Source: Desulfuromonas sp.
GTDB lineage: Bacteria > Desulfobacterota > Desulfuromonadia > Desulfuromonadales > Desulfuromonadaceae
Reading direction: 5' to 3'
DNA: 64,000 nucleotides
Assembly (NCBI GenBank): GCA_034006225.1
Contig: JAVETC010000011.1
Span: forward strand, 8,278 to 72,277
This document shows positions 30,065 to 39,088 of the stretch, piece by piece. The translations under genes were made by a program, and so were the position numbers. The notes under the pieces are model-generated. The model searched no databases. It was given only the letters and a program-made list of their open reading frames with translations, and was not told the DNA's origin. How positions within the stretch are numbered: position 1 is the first letter of the stretch; every line of letters starts with the position of its first letter.

Positions 30065-31483
30065 TCAATAGTACTCCTGTAACCCCTCCTCCATCTGTTC
30101 CAGCAATAATATTTCATCCCAAGGGGAGCTTCCCGCCTGTTGCGCCGTAAGGCTGTGTGAACGCTGCAAAAAACAGCAGCCAAACAGCTCGGCCTGATCG
30201 CTATCCAACTCAAAAGTGCCACCGACACGACCGCGCTCAACAATTATCTGCTGGCGCGCACTGAGTTTCACCTGAATAAACGGATTGCGATAACTAACAG
30301 CAGACATCTGCCGCGCCATAGCATAACCAATGACCAAGCGTAACCGCGTTAGATCAATCAGCGACCACAATGCCGGATGCACTACTAGCTGCTGATGCGC
30401 GCCATCCAGTAGCCACTGCGCTGTGCAGCAGCCGTGGGCAATAAAGCGCGCAACTAGTTGCTCAAGCTGTAGCCGTTCTCCGTGCAGTGTCAGGGTACGA
30501 ATGTAGCCATTAGCACTCATAGCTTCACTCTCTTTACACATCATAGCGCCATTACGCAGGCGTGCAGCCTGCGCCTGAGTACGGTTTTTGTACACAAACG
30601 AGCAGTAATTTATCGGCAGGGGAATTTTGTGTTCAGCGACATGACAAATCATCTCCAAAGCCGCCAGTTCAGAATTGAGCACCGTAACTTTCTCACCATG
30701 AACATAGCGGTAATCATGGGTTATCAGACGAGGATAGTTGTACGGAGTCAGACGCAACTGATGGAGGTTAAGGTGCTTAACGCCCGCATCCACAAGCTGT
30801 GGCAACAGCCGTTTTAGACGCTCGTTCTCTTCAGGAATAGCTGGAATCTCCACCGTAACCACGGGAATAGCACTCCCAACCCGTTGCAGCGCTTTGAGAT
30901 TAAAGTCCGTGGCACCGATATCAAAGCGAATCTCATCCAGACCAGCATCAGCCAACTGTCCCACCAGCGCATCGGTTAATAGAGTGCCGTTGGTATACAA
31001 CCAGGTGTGCATCTTGGAGTCAAAGTGGCGCTTGATCGCGCGCAGATAGCTCAGCGTGCGCTCGGGAGTTATCAGCGGTTCGCCCCCACTAAAGCTGGCG
31101 CCGCTATACCCAAAGCGGTCAAGATAGGCAACATAATCCTCAGCATGAGCAAAGGTCATGGAGTTGGTAGCAGGCTGTCCAATCTCTTTTTGCGCAGTTG
31201 GACAATAGAAACAGTTACAATTGCAGCGCCCATTTACAAACAGGCACGACCAGCCACCAGCTACGCAAATTTTACAGCCCGGTGAAAGGCCCTGCATGTT
31301 GAGCTTAGTGCCACCACAACCGGTTATTACCGTTTCGGCACAGGAGGCAAGAAGCTCGGCACGATACGCGCTAGCCTGATCAAACTGTTCACGAGATGGA
31401 AAGTTAAGCGCGGGATAACGCTCGAGATATTCCTGCTGGTTAGCCGCAATAAATTGCGACCGCCGCTTCGTTGACAACGCCAT
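30065..31483 (-). CDS. Radical SAM protein of unknown function (activase-like core plus about 200-aa C-terminal extension)
   Basis: Start set to ATG (MALSTKRR), which follows AAGGTG. Cluster motif CNCNCFYC preceded by extra Cys residues (GCGG..PGCKIC..WSC). GGEPL SAM-binding block. Confidence 0.7.
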   Translation of the reverse strand: MALSTKRRSQFIAANQQEYLERYPALNFPSREQFDQASAYRAELLASCAETVITGCGGTKLNMQGLSPGCKICVAGGWSCLFVNGRCNCNCFYCPTAQKEIGQPATNSMTFAHAEDYVAYLDRFGYSGASFSGGEPLITPERTLSYLRAIKRHFDSKMHTWLYTNGTLLTDALVGQLADAGLDEIRFDIGATDFNLKALQRVGSAIPVVTVEIPAIPEENERLKRLLPQLVDAGVKHLNLHQLRLTPYNYPRLITHDYRYVHGEKVTVLNSELAALEMICHVAEHKIPLPINYCSFVYKNRTQAQAARLRNGAMMCKESEAMSANGYIRTLTLHGERLQLEQLVARFIAHGCCTAQWLLDGAHQQLVVHPALWSLIDLTRLRLVIGYAMARQMSAVSYRNPFIQVKLSARQQIIVERGRVGGTFELDSDQAELFGCCFLQRSHSLTAQQAGSSPWDEILLLEQMEEGLQEYY

Positions 31484-31694
31484 AGGACGCACCTTTGCGA
31501 CAACAGACCACCCACATTACGGCACATGCAGCACATAGGGTGTTCTAAAGATGGTGCACTATAGACGCTTTCGCATGCTCAGCGTTAACAAATAAAGATG
31601 GGGGCAATATTTTATTGTCACTAGGCAATCCAAGCTCCGGCGACCAAACCAATTACAGCTAAACTCGCAGTACCTCTTAGCTCTTTCAGCCCTA

Positions 31695-32870
31695 CTAAAG
31701 CTGCGGATCCATATCCTTGGGCAACAGCAACCACATATTACCCGCCTGTTTGGTTTTCAGGGCATAGCTGGCGGCTATATCACCTACGCCCCAGAAAAAA
31801 TCTGCGCGCACCCGCCCCTTAATTGCCGCTCCAGTATCCTGTGCCACCATCAAGCGCTGTAATGCTCTATCACTGCTCGGCCAAGTGGTGGCTAAAAAAA
31901 CCGGCGCCCCTAAAGGGATAAAATTGGTGTCGACAGCTATGCTACGCTGCGCTGTCAATGGTAGGTTCATGGCACCTGGTGGCGTGACTATTCCCTCCGC
32001 TAGAGGGCTAAAAAAGACGTAACGGGGGTTTTCGTTGAGCAACTGCTGCACCTCGCGGGGATGGCTACGCCCCCAAGCGGCTATATTGGGCATGGACATC
32101 TGCTCTGTGGTCATATAACCGCGCTCACGCAACAACTTACCAATAGAGCGAAAGGGATAGCCATTATGCTCGGCATAGCGCACCATCACCTGAGTACCAT
32201 CATCGAGATTGATCCGCCCCGAACCCTGAATCTGTAAAAAGAACAATCTGACCGGATCGTCAACCCAGAACAGCTCATTACCATACAGCGGCTGCGTCGC
32301 ACCATCTATCTGCGCACGATCAAAATAGGGGACAACGCGCTGCCCCGACAGGCGACCACGCAGGTGATAACTGCCCAGTTCGGGATACTGATCAGTCAGA
32401 TCGATGACCAGCAGATCTGCGGGTTTTTTATACAGTGGATAGGGGTAGCGGCTACTTGATTCGCGGCTGCCGTTTAGATCCGGCGCATAGTATCCGGTGA
32501 TTTTTCCCGAGACCGAGCCATCTTCATTAACAAGCTGCCACGGGGTAAAATTGGTACGAAAAAACTCCTGTGCTGCCACAGCGTCATCATCTACAGCTAA
32601 AGCACGAGCGCAAACCTGACGCCAAGCAGGACGATTTTTTAATGATTTACAGCTGGTGCGAAAAACCACCAACGCCTGCAGATGATTATCCTCCTGCCAA
32701 TTGGGCAAATCATCCCAGTGTGCCTGTTGCAGTGCCGGATGAACCACCTGTGGTGGTTCAGGTGGCGTAGGTGGAACCACCGGTACTGATGGCACGCATC
32801 CACCTAGCAGCGCCAAAAGCACAACCAGACGAATCGTCAGAGAAACTCTGTGCTTTACCTTGTTTGCCAT
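31695..32870 (-). CDS. mltA: Membrane-bound lytic murein transglycosylase A (lipoprotein)
   Basis: 391 aa. Lipobox LLGGC; MltA and 3D domain blocks (GxxVVPYxxR, DTGxAIKG...D.F.G). Confidence 0.85.
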   Translation of the reverse strand: MANKVKHRVSLTIRLVVLLALLGGCVPSVPVVPPTPPEPPQVVHPALQQAHWDDLPNWQEDNHLQALVVFRTSCKSLKNRPAWRQVCARALAVDDDAVAAQEFFRTNFTPWQLVNEDGSVSGKITGYYAPDLNGSRESSSRYPYPLYKKPADLLVIDLTDQYPELGSYHLRGRLSGQRVVPYFDRAQIDGATQPLYGNELFWVDDPVRLFFLQIQGSGRINLDDGTQVMVRYAEHNGYPFRSIGKLLRERGYMTTEQMSMPNIAAWGRSHPREVQQLLNENPRYVFFSPLAEGIVTPPGAMNLPLTAQRSIAVDTNFIPLGAPVFLATTWPSSDRALQRLMVAQDTGAAIKGRVRADFFWGVGDIAASYALKTKQAGNMWLLLPKDMDPQL

Positions 32871-33003
32871 TATTCCCCCCTAAGCAGTGTAATTTCCCAA
32901 CAGGTAGCGCAAGGATTATTACACAATCAGCACCACAACTCTATACCAGCAATTGTACAAGCTTTTTTTAGCTTAGGCTCTATGGCTATGGAGTTAAACT
33001 TAG

Positions 33004-35058
33004 TTATTCTGCAACACCTATTGTGCGAGCACGCAGCGCTAGAATTGCTGTTTCGATATAGCCTTGCAAACTTTTTTTCATGCTTTCGGCTCGCGGCTTA
33101 TCTGTTGCATAGAGATCGTCGGAACTCTGTGGCTGCGCCCCAAGTTGATACTTATACAACCGTGGTTTCTCTTTAGGCGCCAACTCCAGCAGGTAATCAT
33201 CCGCGATATATGCCACCCGCTCCTCGCCGCCGGAGGGCTTAATAATAGCGTAACCAGCATCATCTTTATCCACAGCAAACAGGTTGCGCCCCCAGCTCTG
33301 ATGCACAATTCCAGGTCCGAGCAATCCGAGAATTGTTGGCTCAATATCAACCTGACTGGCGATAGTACTGCGTCGCTGTGGATCCAGCAGTTCAGGGGCG
33401 TAAAACAGCAACGGCACGTTAAAGCGCGAAAGATTCATACCGGTAACCATGGGCGCACTGGCAAAGCCATGATCTCCGGTCAGGACAAACAGAGTATTGG
33501 CAAAATAATCTTCCTGCTTGGCCAGGCGGAAAAATTCACCCAGTGACCAGTCGGCAAAACGCATAGCATTGTAGCGCCCCTCCTGCCCTGCTGGTGCCGC
33601 TAAACGTGTGAATGGCAATGGATCAGGAAGATTAAAGGGAGAGTGATTGGACAGGGTCAGGATAGTTGCAAAAAATGGCCCCTGTGTCGCCAACTGCCGG
33701 AATTCTTCATTAGCACGGCGGAAGACATCGAGATCAGAGACGCCCCAGACTGGATCGCGATAATAGGGATTCTGATACTGGTCCAGACCAATAAAACGTT
33801 CCATACCGTGCTGGCGAAAAAAGCCCTCCTTATTATCCCAGGAAAATTCACCGTTATACAGAAAAATGCTCTGATAGTGCCGTTTCTTGAGCAACTCGGG
33901 CAAACTAGACATCTCCTGGTTTGCTTCCATCATCTTCATCAGATACTCATAGCCCGGTACATTAGGGAACGAAGTCAGGCTGGCATAAACGCCCTGATGG
34001 GTATGAGTGCCATTGGAAAAAGCGCGCTCAAACAACACCCCATGCTCGGCAATTTCATCAAATTCAGGCGTGATACCAGCGCTGCTGCCCAAGGCACCCA
34101 CCATTCTGCCGGCAAAACTCTCCAGCAAAATCACCACGACATTGACCGGCTTACCATTAGCCGTAACCTTCAAGTTCAAGCTGTTATCACCTGTAGCCCG
34201 CAATAGTGGATACTGCTGCGGTTGAATTAACGCCTCCGGTTGGTCAACGACAAGATTACGCGTCAACTCCAGCGCCTGCGGTGCTGGCATAGCCTGAGCC
34301 CAAACTTTCTGTTTACTATATATTTTATCCCAACCCGTGCGCCCCAGAGTGAATAGACCATTGAGGGCTAGATGGTTAGCAAAGGGATTCTGCGAAAAAA
34401 AGGCATCACCCCAACGCAGCGGTTCATGATTGAAGCCACCGCGCAGAGCAAACACCATCAGTACCAGCAACACCGTATTCCCAATAGTGCGCCCCAGTTT
34501 GTCGCGTACTGCTATCCACCCCAGAGGTGCTATAAGCAATGGACGCAAAAAACCTCTTAACACGAACATGCACACCGCCATGATAGCGGCCCAATAGAGC
34601 AGGTAGCGGATTACCGGATAACCGTCCCAGAGCATGCCGCCAACCGTGAGAGGATGGCTGATATATTCGAGCACCAACCCATTGTAGCGGCTCTCAAATT
34701 CCCGATAAAATTCAGCCTCAGCTAAACCAGCAAAAATTATTATCCCCAATATCAGCCCCAGCACTGCTGGCAAAAATTGCCGCAGCCTAGGGCACACAAT
34801 TAAAGCTAGCAATAGCGGCACCAGTAGATAGCTGGCAATAGCCAAATCAAAGCGAGCACCAACCCAAAAAGCTTGCAGTATAGTTACCAAGCTTAGGTTT
34901 TCGGCTAAATGAAAATTATGCATGAGCAGAAATAGGCGCTGCGCGGCAAAGAGCACCATCATCAACAGGTACATTTTGCCGACAAAGAGTGCTTCGGGAG
35001 AGACTAATTGCCGCTGTAGCACTGACAATCTGGTTTTTATTGTCGAAAACTTATCCAT
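33004..35058 (-). CDS. LtaS/sulfatase-family membrane enzyme (phosphoglycerol / phosphoethanolamine-transferase type)
   Basis: Start set to MDKFSTIK. About 5 N-terminal TM helices followed by an alkaline-phosphatase-superfamily domain (VVVILLESF, TGDHG). Confidence 0.8.
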   Translation of the reverse strand: MDKFSTIKTRLSVLQRQLVSPEALFVGKMYLLMMVLFAAQRLFLLMHNFHLAENLSLVTILQAFWVGARFDLAIASYLLVPLLLALIVCPRLRQFLPAVLGLILGIIIFAGLAEAEFYREFESRYNGLVLEYISHPLTVGGMLWDGYPVIRYLLYWAAIMAVCMFVLRGFLRPLLIAPLGWIAVRDKLGRTIGNTVLLVLMVFALRGGFNHEPLRWGDAFFSQNPFANHLALNGLFTLGRTGWDKIYSKQKVWAQAMPAPQALELTRNLVVDQPEALIQPQQYPLLRATGDNSLNLKVTANGKPVNVVVILLESFAGRMVGALGSSAGITPEFDEIAEHGVLFERAFSNGTHTHQGVYASLTSFPNVPGYEYLMKMMEANQEMSSLPELLKKRHYQSIFLYNGEFSWDNKEGFFRQHGMERFIGLDQYQNPYYRDPVWGVSDLDVFRRANEEFRQLATQGPFFATILTLSNHSPFNLPDPLPFTRLAAPAGQEGRYNAMRFADWSLGEFFRLAKQEDYFANTLFVLTGDHGFASAPMVTGMNLSRFNVPLLFYAPELLDPQRRSTIASQVDIEPTILGLLGPGIVHQSWGRNLFAVDKDDAGYAIIKPSGGEERVAYIADDYLLELAPKEKPRLYKYQLGAQPQSSDDLYATDKPRAESMKKSLQGYIETAILALRARTIGVAE

Positions 35059-35203
35059 TATTATCCCTTTATCAGTACAGCTGTCAGCCCAGACATTGCC
35101 GCCCACTAGCACACAATAGACAAACATGCAGAGCGCTCACGCCAGTGCATAAAGATCTAGCAATCAGCTAATCACCCTCAAGCACAGATCGAGAAAACCC
35201 AGA

Positions 35204-35908
35204 TCACTGAGCCTTACGCACAAATACCGCCAAATGCAACGAGTGAACAAACGGAGTCTGGGCAAAATCTTTGGCTAAGATAAATCCTTGCGCGGCAAAA
35301 TAGCCCTCAAGTTCCGCCAGCGAATTGCAGTGCTGTACCGACTCTGTTCCGCTGATGAGTTTGCGTATTTTGCGTTTCATACTGGTTGCCGACCAGGGGC
35401 TAAGATAGGAGATAAACAGGTATTGGTGGGTGACTCGGCACAATTCAGCAATGATCTCCTGCCGATGCAGCGGGGTTGGCAGGTGGTGAATAAAGCGAAA
35501 ACATAAAGTTACATCGAAACAGTGATTGGCATACGGCAGGCAAAGAAGATCGGCTTTATCAATAGTTGCGTTAACAGAGTTTAGCTCCACCTGCTCGCGC
35601 GCAACCTTGATAGCGCCAGCTCCCAGATCAACACCAGTGGTTGCGTAACCCTGTTGGGCCAGAAAAATCGTGGCTCGCCCCACACCGCAAGGAGCGTCAA
35701 GAATGGTAAAATCCTCAGTATTTTTCTCAATCCGTCGGATATAGCTCATGGCACGGTCAATTAAAGCCATTTCCGCCCGATGTTTCCCTTGGTTGCGGTG
35801 ACTATATTTTTCCGCCTGTTGTAGGGAGTGTTTTATACGTGAGCGGTGTTCATCTTTGCCAAGATCTTCAGTTGCGCAGAACGGGGTGTTTTCGGCAAGT
35901 GCTTTCAT
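35204..35908 (-). CDS. Class I SAM-dependent methyltransferase
   Basis: Start set to ATG 35908 (MKALAE), which follows GAGGT; the track start at 35926 is a TTG. Motif I ILDAPCGVGR. Confidence 0.75.
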   Translation of the reverse strand: MKALAENTPFCATEDLGKDEHRSRIKHSLQQAEKYSHRNQGKHRAEMALIDRAMSYIRRIEKNTEDFTILDAPCGVGRATIFLAQQGYATTGVDLGAGAIKVAREQVELNSVNATIDKADLLCLPYANHCFDVTLCFRFIHHLPTPLHRQEIIAELCRVTHQYLFISYLSPWSATSMKRKIRKLISGTESVQHCNSLAELEGYFAAQGFILAKDFAQTPFVHSLHLAVFVRKAQ

Positions 35909-35979
35909 TGTATACCTCAGATTCAAAGTGTTATGCCATCCGGCGTAATCAAATGGATGTTATATATGAATCTGTTTGA

Positions 35980-35994
35980 GCAATTAGCTTGCCA
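35980..35994 (-). promoter_or_regulatory. Sigma54 (-24/-12) promoter upstream of the methyltransferase and LtaS-family genes
   Basis: The minus strand reads TTGGCAAGCTAATTGCT against the consensus YTGGCACGrNNNTTGCW, with correct GG-to-GC spacing. It lies about 70 nt upstream of ATG 35908. Confidence 0.6.
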
Positions 35995-36045
35995 AAGTAT
36001 AAATAGATGATTTTATTGATATTATTCACAGGAAGCTACAGATGA

Positions 36046-36107
36046 TGTACAAATTTTTGTACAGGGACAGGAGTTGTCGGCACCAGTATTAGGTTTTTTG
36101 TACAGGG
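36046..36107. promoter_or_regulatory. Candidate enhancer (UAS): three TGTACA palindromes and a 13-bp direct repeat TTTTTGTACAGGG
   Basis: TGTACA occurs at 36046, 36058 and 36099. TTTTTGTACAGGG occurs at 36054-36066 and 36095-36107, 41 bp apart. The element sits 55-115 bp upstream of the -24 element and directly downstream of the NtrC-type regulator gene. Confidence 0.4.
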
Positions 36108-36140
36108 TGAAAATTTAGACGATAAGCTAAAACGTAGTGC

Positions 36141-37508
36141 TTAGGGTTGAGAATATTTATCCAGTTTATACTGTAAGCGACTGCGACTAATACCCAGTTG
36201 CTCTGCGGCTTGAGCCTGCACACCACGCGCCTGCACCAGCGCCTGCTGAATAAGATTTTTCTCTATATCTTCCAACAGCTGCGGCAACGACATGCCACTA
36301 GACAAGGATGGAGCAACAATCGCAGCGGTGCTAATAGGCTGGGCGTGCTGGAGTGCTTCGGGCAGGTGGTTAAGTTGCAAAGTGCTATCGTTACAAAAAA
36401 TCACCCCGCGCTCCATGACATTTTGCAACTCACGCACGTTGCCTGGCCACAGGTGATCCTGCAACGCCTGTTGCGCATCTGAGCTAATCGACTCTATTTT
36501 ACGTCCCAACTCCTGCGAAAAATGCCGCAAAAACAGCCAGGCGAGCAGAGGTACATCCTCCAAACGCTCGCGCAGGGCTGGCACCTGGAGAGTTACCACA
36601 TTCAAGCGATAGTATAGGTCTTCCCTAAACTCTCCCTGTCCAATCATCTGCTCCAGATTGCGGTTAGTTGCAGCGATAATCCGCACATCGCTACCTATTT
36701 CAACGGTTCCGCCAACACGGCGGAACTTTTTCTCTTGGAGCACACGTAGCAGTTTTGCTTGCAGAGCTACGGGCAGTTCACCGATTTCATCTAAAAACAG
36801 GCTGCCACCGTTAGATATCTCCAGCAAGCCGCGTTTGCGCTCTAGCGCCCCAGTAAAAGCACCGCGCTCATGGCCAAAGAGTTCGCTCTCCAAAAGATTT
36901 TCCGCAAAGGCGGCACAATTTACCGTAACTAGAGATTGATCGCTGCGCGGGCTGTGGGCATGTAACGCCTGAGCCACCAGCTCTTTACCCGTGCCGCTTT
37001 CTCCGCAGATAAGCACTGAAGAGCGCGTTGGTGCCACCTGAGCTATTTCACTGAGCAACTTTTTGATTGCAGGGCTTTCACCGACAATCTGCCGATTGCG
37101 ACTCTGCTCCAGTTGATGACGCAACAGTTGGTTTTCGTTTTGCAGCTGAGAAAAGGAGAGCGCTTTTTCCACCACCAGCAAAATTTCGTCGTTATCAAAG
37201 GGTTTCAACAAATAGTCATAGGCACCAATTTTCAGTGCCTCAATGGCGGTAGTAACTGTGGCAAAAGCGGTCACAATGATGAAAGGCACTGGCCCCACTT
37301 CAATATGAACATGACGTAAAAAATCGAGACCTGACATCCGTGGCATTTTTAAATCGGAAATAATTAGCGCAACCTGCTGATTGGAGAGAATTTCCAACGC
37401 AGCAAATGGGTTGGCGGCACAGGATACTTGATGCCCAGCTCCCTCCAGCAACTGCCCCAATACTAAGCAATAATTTTTTTCATCATCAACAACAAGGATA
37501 TGCGCCAT
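36141..37508 (-). CDS. Sigma54-dependent response regulator (NtrC family: REC, AAA+, HTH)
   Basis: 455 aa. Motifs GESGTGKE (Walker A), GAFTGA (sigma54 contact loop) and a C-terminal Fis-type HTH. Confidence 0.9.
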   Translation of the reverse strand: MAHILVVDDEKNYCLVLGQLLEGAGHQVSCAANPFAALEILSNQQVALIISDLKMPRMSGLDFLRHVHIEVGPVPFIIVTAFATVTTAIEALKIGAYDYLLKPFDNDEILLVVEKALSFSQLQNENQLLRHQLEQSRNRQIVGESPAIKKLLSEIAQVAPTRSSVLICGESGTGKELVAQALHAHSPRSDQSLVTVNCAAFAENLLESELFGHERGAFTGALERKRGLLEISNGGSLFLDEIGELPVALQAKLLRVLQEKKFRRVGGTVEIGSDVRIIAATNRNLEQMIGQGEFREDLYYRLNVVTLQVPALRERLEDVPLLAWLFLRHFSQELGRKIESISSDAQQALQDHLWPGNVRELQNVMERGVIFCNDSTLQLNHLPEALQHAQPISTAAIVAPSLSSGMSLPQLLEDIEKNLIQQALVQARGVQAQAAEQLGISRSRLQYKLDKYSQP

Positions 37509-37511
37509 ACG

Positions 37512-38774
37512 TTAATTCTCCTCCAGCGGCAGGGTGACAGTAAAACAGCTACCATAATCAACACGGCTGCGCACACTGATATCCCCACCATGGGCCACAG
37601 CGATACTATGCGCTATGGCCAAACCCAAACCAGTCCCAGACTCTTTTGTAGTCACAAAAGGGTTAAAAATAGTAGCCATCATCTGCGGTTCGATCCCACA
37701 ACCACTATCGCTAATGCTTAAATTCACCTGATGTTCATCAACGCTCAAATTCAAAGTGACTTCACCACCAGCACTGCATGCATCTAGAGCATTTAACAGC
37801 AAATTCAACAGCATTTGTTGCACCATGGCACTATCGACATAGACCGGAATGGCTTCAGCCGGTAGAACACAACTCAGCTGCACCTCAGATTCTTGCGCAA
37901 CGATGGTCAACTGCTGGACTACGCGTTGCAGCAGGCATGCAAGATCCTGCTGTTCACACTTAGGTTCGCTGGGACGACCAAATTGCAAAAAATCGTTTAC
38001 CATGCCGTTTAGACGTCGGCTCTCCTCACGAATAACCTCAAGCAGCTGGTGGTGATTTTGCCCGGCATTGTGCAGCTGCTGGTGCAGCAGTTGTGCAGAT
38101 GAGGAGATCATCCCGAGGGGATTGCGAATTTCATGGGCCAAGCCAGCAGACATTTCGCCCAGCGCCGCTAAGCGATCTTTACGCCGCAGTGTCTCCTCTG
38201 TCGCCTCTAGCTGCAGCAACGATTTGTGCAGAGCATTGCTCTTCTCAACAAGCTGCTCGTTCAGTTGCTGCTCCTGCTCTAACTGAGCACGACTCTGGTG
38301 CGAAAACCCCTGAATAACTACCCCCACAATAAAAAAAGTGGTACAGGTTATCAAAAATTCCGGCAACTCCTCATGGACGGCTAGCGGGTCTAACCAAATA
38401 GATTGCGGTATCAGCAGCAGATAAAAGACCGAAGAGAAAAAACTGGTTACCAATGTCTTCAGCAGATTTAAGTGGGTAGCCGCCACAATTATCGGTAAAA
38501 AATAAATAATCCAATAGTTACTCTCCTCTTCTCCTGTGGTTGCCCAAATCAGCACCGAACACAGCAACAGATAAACACCAAGGTGGATCCCCATCAATCC
38601 GGAAGTTACCATCTGCTCATAGCTAAAGCGGCTATCAGTTAGCAGGTGGTATACGGCGATCACGAAAAAAGCCAAGCTAGCGTAGAGCAGATTAGGCCCC
38701 TTAAAAAAGATCAGCAGCAGCACAAACATAAACAGCAGCAATGTATTTTGCGTAACAAATAGCGACTTATTCAT
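37512..38774 (-). CDS. Polytopic-membrane sensor histidine kinase, partner of the NtrC-type regulator
   Basis: 420 aa. About 5-6 TM helices, a coiled coil, H-box LAHEIRNPL, and HATPase boxes (LLNALDA, DSGCGI, GTGLGL). Confidence 0.85.
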   Translation of the reverse strand: MNKSLFVTQNTLLLFMFVLLLIFFKGPNLLYASLAFFVIAVYHLLTDSRFSYEQMVTSGLMGIHLGVYLLLCSVLIWATTGEEESNYWIIYFLPIIVAATHLNLLKTLVTSFFSSVFYLLLIPQSIWLDPLAVHEELPEFLITCTTFFIVGVVIQGFSHQSRAQLEQEQQLNEQLVEKSNALHKSLLQLEATEETLRRKDRLAALGEMSAGLAHEIRNPLGMISSSAQLLHQQLHNAGQNHHQLLEVIREESRRLNGMVNDFLQFGRPSEPKCEQQDLACLLQRVVQQLTIVAQESEVQLSCVLPAEAIPVYVDSAMVQQMLLNLLLNALDACSAGGEVTLNLSVDEHQVNLSISDSGCGIEPQMMATIFNPFVTTKESGTGLGLAIAHSIAVAHGGDISVRSRVDYGSCFTVTLPLEEN

Positions 38775-39088
38775 CGTCTACCTCAGTTTTATTTATGTAG
38801 AGAACTTCTCTGCGCCAGTATGCATAAATTGAGCACCGAACACAAAAGATATCCCCAGCGTTGCAACAGGCACAACTGAGCACTCGCTGATTACACAATC
38901 AACACTGCAACGCCATTACGAGGCTGATTAGCTGCCTCGGATAAGCAATATATCTTGTCTGGACAAAAAACCGATGTTATAAACAATTGCCCATGCGCCA
39001 AAATTACCTGACACAAAGAGCGCTACCATCGATAATTAACTCACATATTTACACAGTATATACCTACCTAACCAAAGAGGTTTTCATC

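Noticed and set aside
33263-33271. Perfect DnaA-box sequence TTATCCACA.
   Set aside because: It is a single copy inside the LtaS-family coding sequence, with no box cluster, no AT-rich DUE and no dnaA/dnaN nearby. It is not a replication origin.
38987-39088. Upstream extensions of several track ORFs: 38987 for the PEP-binding gene, 16476 for cbpA, 8199 for the ACT gene, 51960 for hemL, 35127 for the LtaS-family gene, 25205 for the SH3 gene.
   Set aside because: In each case an internal ATG preceded by a good Shine-Dalgarno sequence coincides with the start of the conserved protein, signal peptide or lipobox. The extensions have no homology-like features.
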